Source: an uncultured Bdellovibrionales bacterium
GTDB taxonomy: Bacteria; Patescibacteriota; Minisyncoccia; Moranbacterales; GWC2-37-73
Reading direction: 5' to 3'
Assembly: GCA_964609855.1 (NCBI GenBank)
Contig: CAZSTB010000006.1
Span: forward strand, 365-64,364
DNA: 64,000 bases
A program made the translations under genes and the position numbers. The notes beneath the pieces were generated by a model, which did no database searches, had not been told where the DNA came from, and was given only the letters and a program-made list of their open reading frames with translations. Below are positions 45,155 through 54,584 of the stretch, piece by piece (position 1 is the first letter of the stretch; each line of letters opens with the position of its first letter).

Positions 45155-46450
45155 ATGATAAATTCTGAAGTTAAAAAAATGCCTGAGTCTCAAGTTGAAG
45201 TTAGCGTGACCGTTTCTTGGGATGAATGGAAAAAATACTTGGATCTTGCAGCAGCAGATTTTTCAAAGGAAATTAAAATCCAAGGATTTCGCGGGGGAAA
45301 AGCTCCTCGCGATATGGTTGAAAAGAAAGTTGGAACCGCTGCACTATTAGATGCTGCCGCTCAAAAAGCTGTGCAGGCAACTTATCCAAAAGTATTAGCT
45401 GAAAAGAAAATTGAAGCTATTGGAGCTCCGAAAGCTGAAATTGTAAAATTGGCTGAAGGGAACGACTTGGAATACAAAGTTTTGACAGCGACTGTGCCGG
45501 TGGCAACTTTAAAGCCTTGGAAAAGTGCTGCTCAAAAAATTAATAAGGAATATGCCAAAAAGTCCTTGGAAGTTACCGCTGAAGAGGTGGAAAAGGAAAT
45601 TCAAGAAATTGCAAAGAGTCGTGTTCAGCATGTAACTGTTGAAAGAGCAGCTCAAAATGAGGACAATGTGATTTTGGACTTCGAAGTTAAGCAAAGCGGC
45701 GTACCGATTGAAAACGGTTCCAGTAAAAATCACCCGATGATTTTAGGAAGAGGAGTTTTCATTCCCGGTTTTGAGGAGCAGGTTGTTGGAATGAAAGCTG
45801 GCGAAATTAAAGATTTTGAGTTAACTTTTCCGAAAGATTATCACGCAAATGGATTAGCAGGAAAGCCTGCGCAATTTACGGTCACTGTTAACACGGTCCA
45901 AGAAAGAAAGACACCGGATGTTACCGATGAATTTGCACGTTCACTTGGAAAATTCAAAGATCTAGAGGATATGCGCAAAAATGTGAAAGAAGGAATGGAA
46001 TCCGAGAAAAAAGCTGAAACCAAGGAAAAGCAGCGCGCCGAACTTATTGACGCTCTGATTGCGGTGACAGAAGTTGAAATTCCTCACGTCCTCATTCATG
46101 AAGAACTTCATAAGATGATCGGTGAATTTGAGATGCAGCTTCAAGGAATGAACATGACTTTTGAACAATATTTGACTCAAATCGGAAAGACTGTTGATGA
46201 GCTTGAAAAAGAATGGGAGCCACAAGCGATTAAGAGAATCAAAGCTGCACTAGCTCTTGAAGAAGTTGCTAAAGAAAATGAAATTGAAATTCCGAATGAA
46301 GAAGTGGAGGCTGAGATGAATAAGACCCTGGCTCAATACAAGAAAGTTCAGGACATAGAAAAGAATATTGATTTAGGAAAATTGTATAGCTATGTAAAGG
46401 GCATGATGCAGAACGAGAAAGTGTTGGAGCTTTTGGAGGGCGTAAAATAA
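45155..46450 (+). CDS. tig: trigger factor
   Basis: GFRGGKAP ribosome-binding motif, FKBP-like middle domain. Directly upstream of clpP. Confidence 0.85.
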   Translation: MINSEVKKMPESQVEVSVTVSWDEWKKYLDLAAADFSKEIKIQGFRGGKAPRDMVEKKVGTAALLDAAAQKAVQATYPKVLAEKKIEAIGAPKAEIVKLAEGNDLEYKVLTATVPVATLKPWKSAAQKINKEYAKKSLEVTAEEVEKEIQEIAKSRVQHVTVERAAQNEDNVILDFEVKQSGVPIENGSSKNHPMILGRGVFIPGFEEQVVGMKAGEIKDFELTFPKDYHANGLAGKPAQFTVTVNTVQERKTPDVTDEFARSLGKFKDLEDMRKNVKEGMESEKKAETKEKQRAELIDALIAVTEVEIPHVLIHEELHKMIGEFEMQLQGMNMTFEQYLTQIGKTVDELEKEWEPQAIKRIKAALALEEVAKENEIEIPNEEVEAEMNKTLAQYKKVQDIEKNIDLGKLYSYVKGMMQNEKVLELLEGVK

Positions 46451-46547
46451 AAGGAGCAAAATTAAATAGTTTGACCATGAATAATTAAGAGTCATCAGTA
46501 ATCAGCCATCAATCTTTTTATTGTCGATGACCGATGATGAGTGACTA

Positions 46548-47141
46548 ATGTCGCCTATGCAAAACAATTATTTAATCCCGACAGTAATTGAAAAAACAAA
46601 TTACGGCGAGCGCGCTTATGATATCTACTCGCGCCTATTAAAGGATCGTATAATTTTTTTGGGAACGCCGATTGATGATGGTGTTGCTAATGCGATTATT
46701 GCGCAGCTTTTATTCTTGGAGCAACAAAATCCCAAGGAGGATATCAAGCTCTATATAAATTCCCCTGGAGGAGTTGTTTCCAGCGCGCTGGCGATTTATG
46801 ACACGATGCAATATGTGCGTCCAGATGTGCAGACAATCTGTATGGGATTGGCTGCTTCCGGCGCCGCACTTCTTTTGGGTGCAGGAAAAAAAGGCAAGCG
46901 TTTCGTGCTACCAAATGCCGAAGTTATGATCCATCAAGTTATGGGAGGAACGTCCGGACAAGCTTCCGATGTGGATATCCATGCAAGACATATTTTGAAG
47001 ACCAAAGATGCGCTTAATAAAATCTTAGCCAAGCATACTGGGCAAAAAATCGCTAAGGTTGAAAAGGATACTGACCGTGATTATTTCATGAGCGCCGAAG
47101 AAGCAGTTGCTTATGGAATCGTAGATAAGTTGATATCGTAG
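46548..47141 (+). CDS. clpP: ATP-dependent Clp protease proteolytic subunit
   Basis: Catalytic triad context GLAASGAA (Ser), HQVMGG (His), and Asp. Confidence 0.9.
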   Translation: MSPMQNNYLIPTVIEKTNYGERAYDIYSRLLKDRIIFLGTPIDDGVANAIIAQLLFLEQQNPKEDIKLYINSPGGVVSSALAIYDTMQYVRPDVQTICMGLAASGAALLLGAGKKGKRFVLPNAEVMIHQVMGGTSGQASDVDIHARHILKTKDALNKILAKHTGQKIAKVEKDTDRDYFMSAEEAVAYGIVDKLIS

Positions 47142-47145
47142 GGCA

Positions 47146-47263
47146 GGAATTAGGAATTAGGAATTAGGAATTAGGAAAATTCAAAATAAAAAACACCATC
47201 AAGGTGTTTTTTATTTTCTCTGAATTTTGCTACAACCTACAACCTAATTCCTAATGCCTAGGA
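47146..47263. repeat. GGAATTA x4 tandem heptamers, inverted partial copy, enclosing a bidirectional terminator
   Basis: GGAATTAGGAATTAGGAATTAGGAATTAGG ... AACACC-ATCAA-GGTGTT ... CCTAATTCCTAATGCCTAGG. Confidence 0.5.
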
Positions 47264-47265
47264 AG

Positions 47266-48840
47266 CTATTTAAGCATTGGCAGTAGACTCTCTCCATTCA
47301 TGTCTGCTGGTTTTGGAATTCCTAGGATTTCTAAAATTGTGGGCGCAATGTCGCTAAGTAGTCCGCCGACTTCGCTTTGTTGCCTGACAATTTCTTCAGC
47401 TTTCTTTTCGCGATGATTGTCTGGGGTTATAAACCAAAAGGGGACAGGATTTGAAGAGTGTTCCGTATCAATTTGTCCGGTATGATAATTTTTGATTTCT
47501 TCAACATTCCCATGGTCGGCCGTAATCAGCACGCAACCACCCTTTTTTAAGATCGCGGGTATCAGCACGGAAAGGCTTTTGTCGATAGTTTGCACGGCGA
47601 TTGTGCAAGCAGCTTCATTCCCGGTATGACCAACCATATCGGCATTGGCGTAATTGGCAATAATAACGTCATATTTCTCCTCTTCGATGGCATCAATCAT
47701 TTTTTCAGTGAGCAAAGCAGCGCTCATTTCCGGGGCTTCATCGAATTTCGAAACGGCTGGTGAAGGAATCAGTACTCGATCTTCTCCGGGCCACGGCTCT
47801 TCTTTTCCTCCGTTGAAAAAGTAGGTAACATGCGCGTATTTTTCAGTTTCGGCGATTCGAAGTTGTTTTAATTTGTTCTCACTCAAAACTTGTCCGAGGC
47901 CGCCTTCAAGAGTTGATGGCGGGAAAGCAATTCCAACTGGAAGATCTTTTTCATATTCAACCAATGTGACAAAATCAATTTTTAAGAGATCTCGCTTAAA
48001 TCCTTCAAAGCCTGGAAGCACGAAAGCTTTGGTTATTTCGCGCGCACGATCTTCGCGAAAGTTGAAAAAAATAACTGCGTCGTCATCTTTCACTGTGGCC
48101 ACAGGTTTACCGTCCTCCATTATCACTGAAGGTTCTATATATTCATCAGTAATATCTTTTGCGTAAGATTCCTGCAGGCAGGCAATCGGGTCAGTCGCTT
48201 GGATACCAGTCCCTTCTGTTAAAAGACGATAGGCTTTTTCTACGCGGTCCCAGTTGTTGTTTCGATCCATACCCCAGTTTCTACCGCTTAGGCTGGCAAT
48301 TTTTCCAATCCCAATGGATTTCAGGTGATTTTGCAGATCTTGAATTGCTTTAGTGCCTGATGTTTGCGGTGAGTCACGTCCATCAGTGAAGACATGAATA
48401 AAGACCTTTGTGAGGCCTTTTTCTTTGGCCATTTCTAAGATTGCAAAAAGATGTTCAGCATATGAATGGACACTCCCTTGTCCGATTAATCCCATAAGAT
48501 GAAGTGAGGAGTCTTTGGTTTTAACGCTTTCCATGGCCTTGGAGAGAGCCTCATTTTGAAAAAAGCTGCGATCTTGAATGGATAAAGTTATCCTGGGAAG
48601 GTTTTGATAGACAATTTTTCCTGCGCCCATTGCCATGTGACCAACTTCACTGTTGCCGGATTCGCCCCAAAAAAGTCCCACAGAGATTCCGGAAGCTTGA
48701 AGCGTGGTCATGGGATAATATTGATCTAACTTTTCTATGGTTGGAAGTTTAGTCTCTTTCAGGACATTGCCTTGGGAATTATTACTGATGCCCCATCCGT
48801 CAAGAACAACTAGTGCGACTGGTTTATACATAATTTTCAT
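47266..48840 (-). CDS. gpmI: 2,3-bisphosphoglycerate-independent phosphoglycerate mutase
   Basis: N-terminal VALVVLDGWG. Mn-binding His/Asp residues and the catalytic Ser region along the full length. Confidence 0.85.
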   Translation of the reverse strand: MKIMYKPVALVVLDGWGISNNSQGNVLKETKLPTIEKLDQYYPMTTLQASGISVGLFWGESGNSEVGHMAMGAGKIVYQNLPRITLSIQDRSFFQNEALSKAMESVKTKDSSLHLMGLIGQGSVHSYAEHLFAILEMAKEKGLTKVFIHVFTDGRDSPQTSGTKAIQDLQNHLKSIGIGKIASLSGRNWGMDRNNNWDRVEKAYRLLTEGTGIQATDPIACLQESYAKDITDEYIEPSVIMEDGKPVATVKDDDAVIFFNFREDRAREITKAFVLPGFEGFKRDLLKIDFVTLVEYEKDLPVGIAFPPSTLEGGLGQVLSENKLKQLRIAETEKYAHVTYFFNGGKEEPWPGEDRVLIPSPAVSKFDEAPEMSAALLTEKMIDAIEEEKYDVIIANYANADMVGHTGNEAACTIAVQTIDKSLSVLIPAILKKGGCVLITADHGNVEEIKNYHTGQIDTEHSSNPVPFWFITPDNHREKKAEEIVRQQSEVGGLLSDIAPTILEILGIPKPADMNGESLLPMLK

Positions 48841-49203
48841 TTAAACATTTAAGCATTTAAACATTCAAACATATGTTAAACATAAAAGCCTCAATAATAA
48901 TCTTTGTATTTATGTTTATTGCTCGTATGTTTGTATGCTCACATGACATAGTTTAGCATTCCCTGAGCCTTTTGACAAAATGGGCCTTTTCCTTTAATAT
49001 AGGGCTAGCGTATAACTAAGTTAATATTGATCGGTTCGATTTGATAAGTGATACAAATTTCCTCGCATTAAAGCGATTTTGCAATATAATTATGATTTAT
49101 TTTTCTCAGCAAAAACATAAAACTTTAGAAGAGAAAATTTAAGGTATTTTAAGATACCTTGCTTCAGTGCGTATTGCCCATCAAACGAAACGAATGAAAA
49201 AGT

Positions 49204-50730
49204 ATGGGAATCGGTGAATTAATAAGTATAATCTTGGGCCTCGCAGTTGGTGGAGGAGCTGGATACTATTTCAGGCAGTCTATTGCCAAGAAGCAATTAG
49301 ATAGCGCAGAAGGCAAAGCTGAAAAGTTGATAGAAGATTCTGAGAAAAAATCTCAGGAGACAATTTTGGCTGCCAAAAATAAGGCAGTTGAAATTCTGGA
49401 AGAAGCTAAGAGGCAGGAAAAAGAGCGCGAAGACCAAATTCTTCGCAGTGAGCAGCGTTTGGAAAAACGCGAGACTGCTTTGGACCAAAAAACTGAAGAG
49501 GTTGAGAATAGCAAAAAATTGCTTGAACAGAAAATTGAAGAAGTTAAAAAAATTCGTGAAGAATCTGAAGAAACCCGCAATCGGGAACTGGATAGGCTGG
49601 AGAAGATCGCTGGACTTTCAAAAGAACAAGCTAAAGCTATCTTGCTTCAACTTACTGAAGAAGAGAATCGCGACGCTTTAGCGCAACGCATTGCTAAGAT
49701 TGAAAAAGAGGGACGCGAGGATATTGAAAAACGCGCTAAGAATTTGATGACAAGCGTAATTCAAAAATATGCCGGTTCTCATGCTGCTGAAGTTGTAACC
49801 ACAACGGTTTCTATTCCTTCCGATGAAGTTAAGGGAAGAATTATCGGACGCGAAGGACGAAACATCAAAGCGCTTGAAAAACTTACAGGTGTGGAAATTA
49901 TTGTTGATGATACCCCTGAAGCAGTTGTAATTTCAGGATTCGACCCAGTTCGCAGAGAGATCGCCAGACTGACACTGGAAAAACTTATCGGGGACGGTCG
50001 CATTCATCCTACAAGGATTGAAGAAGCGGTGGAATTTGCCAAGAAAGAAATTGACAACAAGATTAAGGAAGCTGGCGAGGCTGCAACTTACGACCTGGGA
50101 ATTGCCGGTCTTGATCCAAAATTAGTGTATCTTATCGGAAGACTTAGATATCGCACAAGTTTCGGACAAAATGTTTTGCTGCATTCCCTGGAAGTTGCGC
50201 ATCTTTCTGGAGCCTTGGCTGCAGAGTTGGGGGCTGACGTATCAGTGGCTAAAAAAGCTGGACTTCTTCATGACATCGGAAAAGCTGTTGATCATGAAAT
50301 TCAAGGAACTCATGTGGAAATCGGAATTAAGATCATGGAAAAATTCAATATGCCTAAAGAGGTTATTGATGCAATGAAATCGCACCATGAGGATTATCCT
50401 TTCGAAACTCCCGAATCCTTTATTATCGCGGCTGCTGATGCAATTTCAGCTAGTCGTCCAGGAGCTAGAAAAGATACGCTGGAGAAATATCTGAAACGCC
50501 TTGAAGAGCTTGAAGCAACGGCGAATTCATTTCCAGGGGTTGAGAAAACTTATGCGATTCAAGCTGGAAGAGAAATTCGTGTATTTGTAAAACCAGAGGA
50601 AGTGGATGACTTGGGTGCTCTAAAAATGGCAAGAGAAATTGCTGATAAAATTGAAGCTGATCTTAAATATCCGGGAGAAATTAAAGTTAATGTTTTGAGA
50701 GAAACAAGGTCAGTGGAGTATGCAAGATAG
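49204..50730 (+). CDS. rny: ribonuclease Y
   Basis: N-terminal TM, coiled coil, KH domain (GRIIGREGRNI), and HD domain (LLHDIGK). Confidence 0.85.
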   Translation: MGIGELISIILGLAVGGGAGYYFRQSIAKKQLDSAEGKAEKLIEDSEKKSQETILAAKNKAVEILEEAKRQEKEREDQILRSEQRLEKRETALDQKTEEVENSKKLLEQKIEEVKKIREESEETRNRELDRLEKIAGLSKEQAKAILLQLTEEENRDALAQRIAKIEKEGREDIEKRAKNLMTSVIQKYAGSHAAEVVTTTVSIPSDEVKGRIIGREGRNIKALEKLTGVEIIVDDTPEAVVISGFDPVRREIARLTLEKLIGDGRIHPTRIEEAVEFAKKEIDNKIKEAGEAATYDLGIAGLDPKLVYLIGRLRYRTSFGQNVLLHSLEVAHLSGALAAELGADVSVAKKAGLLHDIGKAVDHEIQGTHVEIGIKIMEKFNMPKEVIDAMKSHHEDYPFETPESFIIAAADAISASRPGARKDTLEKYLKRLEELEATANSFPGVEKTYAIQAGREIRVFVKPEEVDDLGALKMAREIADKIEADLKYPGEIKVNVLRETRSVEYAR

Positions 50731-50965
50731 TGATACAATTTTGAATTTCGAATTTCCAATTTTGAATAAAATTATGATGATCAAATGTTTCAAGCATTCG
50801 AAAATTTATTTATTTGGAGTTGATTTAAAATTAAAAATTTAAAATTAAAAATTTTCGTCTTGTAATCAAGACAGTTGTGTATAACTAAATTTGCTTTATC
50901 TGCAACAAAAAGAGTATAATCGGGTAAGTGAGATAAACATAAAACTAGAAAGGATGGTGACTACT

Positions 50966-51247
50966 ATGGCAAATGTAAACAAAGACGCTCTTGTTGATGC
51001 GATCGCTTCGAAAACTGAACTTTCAAAGAAGGCAGTGGAAAGCGTGCTGGAAGCACTTCTAGAAAAGATCACCGAAGAAATCAGACAAGAAAACAAAGTA
51101 ACATTGACTGGTTTTGGAACTTTTAAAGTTTCTCAACGCGCAGCTCGCGAAGGAATCAATCCTCAGACAAAAGCAAAAATCCAAATTCCTGCAATGACAG
51201 TACCAAAATTCACAGCTGGTAAGGCTTTGAAAGAGGCTGTTAAATAG
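50966..51247 (+). CDS. hup: HU-family DNA-binding protein
   Basis: Internal ATG at 50966 with RBS AGGATGG. MANVNKDALVDAIASKTELSKK...GFGTFKV...RNPQT signature. Confidence 0.8.
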   Translation: MANVNKDALVDAIASKTELSKKAVESVLEALLEKITEEIRQENKVTLTGFGTFKVSQRAAREGINPQTKAKIQIPAMTVPKFTAGKALKEAVK

Positions 51248-51300
51248 AGTTATCTTATATTGAAAATATATTTTTTGAATATATCTACAAAAAGATGGAA

Positions 51301-51332
51301 ACAAAATCCTGCGCAAGCAGGATTTTGTTGTT
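51301..51332 (+). terminator. rho-independent terminator
   Basis: ACAAAATCCTGC-GCAA-GCAGGATTTTGTTGTT. Confidence 0.6.
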
Positions 51333-51430
51333 CCTGGAAACGTTTGACTAAAATTTAAATTGTGTGTATCATTGATATTAGTTTGAAATGAGGCGCTGAC
51401 AGGATTTTCTTGTCCAGAGGTCAAATATAT

Positions 51431-51503
51431 CGGGGCGTGGTGTCAACGGCTAGCACGAGTGCTTTGGGAGCATTTAGACAGGGTTCGAATCCCTGCGCCC
51501 CGA
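51431..51503 (+). tRNA. tRNA-Pro (TGG)
   Basis: Acceptor CGGGGCG/CGCCCCG, D-stem GTGT/GCAC, anticodon stem AGTGC/GCATT with loop TTTGGGA, T-arm CAGGG-TTCGAAT-CCCTG. Confidence 0.8.
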
Positions 51504-51518
51504 CATCAACAAAAAAAT

Positions 51519-51553
51519 AAGGCAGACTTCAAAAGAGTCTGTCTTATTTTTTG
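51519..51553 (+). terminator. rho-independent terminator after tRNA-Pro
   Basis: AAGGCAGACT-TCAAAAG-AGTCTGTCTT followed by ATTTTTTG. Confidence 0.6.
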
Positions 51554-51741
51554 TTGTATATGGAGTTCGCAGGGATTCGAACGGGCAGAAGCTAAGCAAG
51601 ATGTTGTTCAGCAGGACAGCATCGCAGTGTGCGTCGATGAATGCGACCATAGAAGCATTCAGCGCTGCCCAGGGCAAGGAAATTGTGAGCGACGGCGAAC
51701 AAGTGACGAGGAAATCCCTGCCTCTGCGCCCCGACCATGTG

Positions 51742-51770
51742 AAAAAATCCACCTTTTGGGTGGATTTTTG
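51742..51770. terminator. bidirectional terminator-like hairpin
   Basis: AAAAAATCCACC-TTTT-GGGTGGATTTTTG. Confidence 0.55.
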
Positions 51771-51898
51771 CTTTTATATTGATAAACTCTTTGGTTCTGA
51801 TATTTGAAAAATAGCTTTTTATACTTTGCCTTATTTGAGCCGTTATTTTATTTAATAGATATGGAATCAGAACCATGTGTTATAATTGATTTAATATT

Positions 51899-52093
51899 AT
51901 GGCTTGGGGAAAATTAACTTACTTTTTGGATATAGATATGACAGTAGAAAAATATAAACAGGCTTGGGAAAAATTCCAAAATAAAATGGCTGAACTTCGC
52001 AAGAGACGTCATGAAATTTTGGCAAGCATTTCTGAAAAATTAGATCAGCAGCATATGGAAAAATTAAGAAAAAAATTAAATGGCGATGAATAA
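51899..52093 (+). CDS. hypothetical small coiled-coil protein
   Basis: 64 aa. Overlaps the start of the next gene by 14 nt. Confidence 0.35.
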   Translation: MAWGKLTYFLDIDMTVEKYKQAWEKFQNKMAELRKRRHEILASISEKLDQQHMEKLRKKLNGDE

Positions 52094-53687
52094 AGAACAA
52101 TTCAAATCAACTGAAAATGCTGAACAACAAGAAGCGCATGAAACTCATGAAGCTCTAAAAAGCGTTGAAAAATCAGCTGCTGAAATTGGTGTGCAGATGA
52201 TTGAGCGATCGGATAAGGAAGTCGTTGATTTTCAGCAAGAAGGTATTACTGAAATTAATCAAATGGAAGCGAGAGCTGAAAAAGACGGACTACAGGTTGA
52301 TAAAGAAGATAATGAGGAATTGCTAGTGTTAAATCATGAAGCTGCGATTGCGAAAAAAGAATTGGAGTCTGAAATTGATAGTCACGGTGAAAAGGAAAAC
52401 TTAGTGGAGAAATCATATTCAAAAGAAGACATAATTAAAGAATTTTCAGTAGAACATTTGAAATCCATTTCAACTGAAGATTACATTAAATTACTTCAAC
52501 GATTTCCGGGTGAAATGTTAACACATGTGACTAGGCGTGGCATTCGAGATCATGCAGATTTTGGAAATCATAAGGCTGGATTAGGCGAATATCATAGCTC
52601 ATTTCAAACCATTCTTCAAAAGAAGGAGCTTAGATCAGCTCTCGGTATAACTTTGCAAGAGTCTTCAGAGGAAGATGCTGTGTCAAAATTTTTAAAATTG
52701 AATGAATGTGATTCAAGAAATACTGCACTAGGGAGAATAAGCGGCGGTTTTGATACTGGATTAATAGGTGATCCTAGGGCATTTGCTGATTCAAGCGCGG
52801 TACATCTCGCAGCAGAATCTGTTGCAGATAGTACTTACGGAGGAGAAAGTGGTAATGAGATATTCTTTGCTTTCCCATCGGTTATGATTGCTTCTCAATA
52901 TGAATTTTCTGGAAATTTATCTGCAAGTGGTGCAAATAATGACCAGTATGTTTGGCCAGAAATTGATAAGGGATTATCAGTCGATTCCGGTATTGCATTT
53001 ATTCCAGAGGACGCTAGAGTTAATCCTGAAAAAGGATCAAAATATGAGCTTGACCAAGAGAATAAAACAAAGCCAACTGAGGGTATACAAGAGGTACTAA
53101 ATGCTAGATTTGGCGACAAACCGGGTTTCGTACAGGCATTTATTCAAGAAAGCTATAAATATAATGACTTACCAGAAAACGAAAGGAATGACGCCATTGA
53201 GAAAATATTAGATGAATTTGAAGTTAAAGATGGTAAAGCAAGAGAACTATTGTCTGACAGTGGCCTTGTGGAAAAATTATCGGAAATATGGGGTTTGGAA
53301 AATGAAAAGATGGAATATGAAAAAATATTAACAACATATTTTCAAGAAAAAGGACTTAATCCTTATAAATTAGCTGAGAATCCTGTTTCTTCGAAAGAAT
53401 ATTGGGAGGATTACTTTCATAAAAATCCAGAATCACGTCCAAAACATATAGTTTATTATTCAGGAGGAAATCCTACGAAAGCCATGAATCAATGGAGGGA
53501 GCAAAATGGAATCACAATAAAAGACGGTAGACCGGATATGGGCTTTTCTGAAAATGAAGCTTCTCGTGAGGAAAAAAATAAAAATGATACACAACAGCGT
53601 TTTGTTTCGATAGCTCGCAGCATAGTCGATAAGCACTTTCCAACAACTGCTCAAAATCCTTCTTATGAATATGATTGGCGCAAATAA
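52080..53687 (+). CDS. hypothetical acidic protein
   Basis: 535 aa, no recognisable motif. Confidence 0.5.
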   Translation: MAMNKEQFKSTENAEQQEAHETHEALKSVEKSAAEIGVQMIERSDKEVVDFQQEGITEINQMEARAEKDGLQVDKEDNEELLVLNHEAAIAKKELESEIDSHGEKENLVEKSYSKEDIIKEFSVEHLKSISTEDYIKLLQRFPGEMLTHVTRRGIRDHADFGNHKAGLGEYHSSFQTILQKKELRSALGITLQESSEEDAVSKFLKLNECDSRNTALGRISGGFDTGLIGDPRAFADSSAVHLAAESVADSTYGGESGNEIFFAFPSVMIASQYEFSGNLSASGANNDQYVWPEIDKGLSVDSGIAFIPEDARVNPEKGSKYELDQENKTKPTEGIQEVLNARFGDKPGFVQAFIQESYKYNDLPENERNDAIEKILDEFEVKDGKARELLSDSGLVEKLSEIWGLENEKMEYEKILTTYFQEKGLNPYKLAENPVSSKEYWEDYFHKNPESRPKHIVYYSGGNPTKAMNQWREQNGITIKDGRPDMGFSENEASREEKNKNDTQQRFVSIARSIVDKHFPTTAQNPSYEYDWRK

Positions 53688-53787
53688 ACCCAGGATCGTA
53701 CTTCAGTGTTTCAAATCTGGAATATAAACGTACTCATTCTTCTGTTAGAATACAGCTCTAAAATCGTCTACAACCTGCGACATTAAT

Positions 53788-53826
53788 CAAAAAGCATACT
53801 TTTCGATAAGTATGCTTTTTGATTTC
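53788..53826. terminator. bidirectional rho-independent terminator
   Basis: AAAAAGCATACTT-TTCGAT-AAGTATGCTTTTTGATTT. Confidence 0.55.
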
Positions 53827-53923
53827 CTGGGTTTGTTTTCAATTAAACTTAAAATAAAACAAAGGAGACATTTATTGAGCTCCTTGTTTTTAATGGAAAA
53901 TTTAACTTAAGCTCTAAATCGGC

Positions 53924-54370
53924 TTAACGAAAATTATTTTTCTTCATTTCGCTATGAATTTTTTCTACATGACGCTCAGTCTCCTTGTTCATCTTGAAGA
54001 GGACCGCCTTAACCTGCTCACTGGAATGGGCAAAAATTTCGAAACATTTTCTTTCGAGCATTGATTGCTCGATTCGCAATGCTGCCAGCAGTGCTTCGTG
54101 GTGGCTCATTTCTTTCGCTTGCGCTCTTTGTATCTCTTTTAAAACTGAATCCATAACGTAGTGAATTACGCCTCGGGAAAATTTATTTTCCTCCATTGGG
54201 TCCTCACCATCTTTTTGATTCCCGATTTGAGCCGCATGAGCCGTTTCCTCATTTGAAAGTTCTTCCCAAAAGTCCTTTTTAGCCGGTATTTTTTGCGAAT
54301 AAAGCGAATAGAGCGTCGCAATATTCAGTTCATTTTCTTCAAAAAGATGCAGTAGAGGTTTATTGTTCAT
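53924..54370 (-). CDS. hypothetical helical protein (ferritin-like?)
   Basis: 148 aa with helical heptad pattern and His/Glu residues. Assignment weak. Confidence 0.45.
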   Translation of the reverse strand: MNNKPLLHLFEENELNIATLYSLYSQKIPAKKDFWEELSNEETAHAAQIGNQKDGEDPMEENKFSRGVIHYVMDSVLKEIQRAQAKEMSHHEALLAALRIEQSMLERKCFEIFAHSSEQVKAVLFKMNKETERHVEKIHSEMKKNNFR

Positions 54371-54507
54371 AAATGTAATTTATATTTTACATAATTCTAT
54401 CAAGCAATTTTGTATTTTGCAATTTAAAATGTGAATTAATTGGCTTGGCAGGTAATTAAAAGTTATAAGAAGTAGGAGTGATAAAAAGGTAGACGTCGAA
54501 ATTATTA

Positions 54508-54577
54508 TTGGACAAAAGTTAAAAAACATGCTATAATGAAAAAAGATAAAGAAAGCGGGTGAAAGCCCGCTTTTTTG
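54508..54577 (+). promoter_or_regulatory. promoter TTGGACA-N18-TGCTATAAT followed by leader hairpin AAAGCGGG/CCCGCTTT plus U-tract
   Basis: Same architecture and near-identical sequence as 12586-12660. Hairpin ends 8 nt before the ATG at 54585. Confidence 0.5.
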
Positions 54578-54584
54578 TATATTT

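Noticed and set aside
51560-51740. Possible tmRNA (ssrA) because GGGATTCGAACGGG resembles the tmRNA 5' GGAUUCGACGGG motif
   Set aside because: No complementary 3' acceptor strand, no T-arm plus CCA partner for the 5' end GGAGTTC, and no tag-peptide reading frame ending in AA-stop was found. The similarity is better explained as an inverted copy of the tRNA-Pro T-arm.
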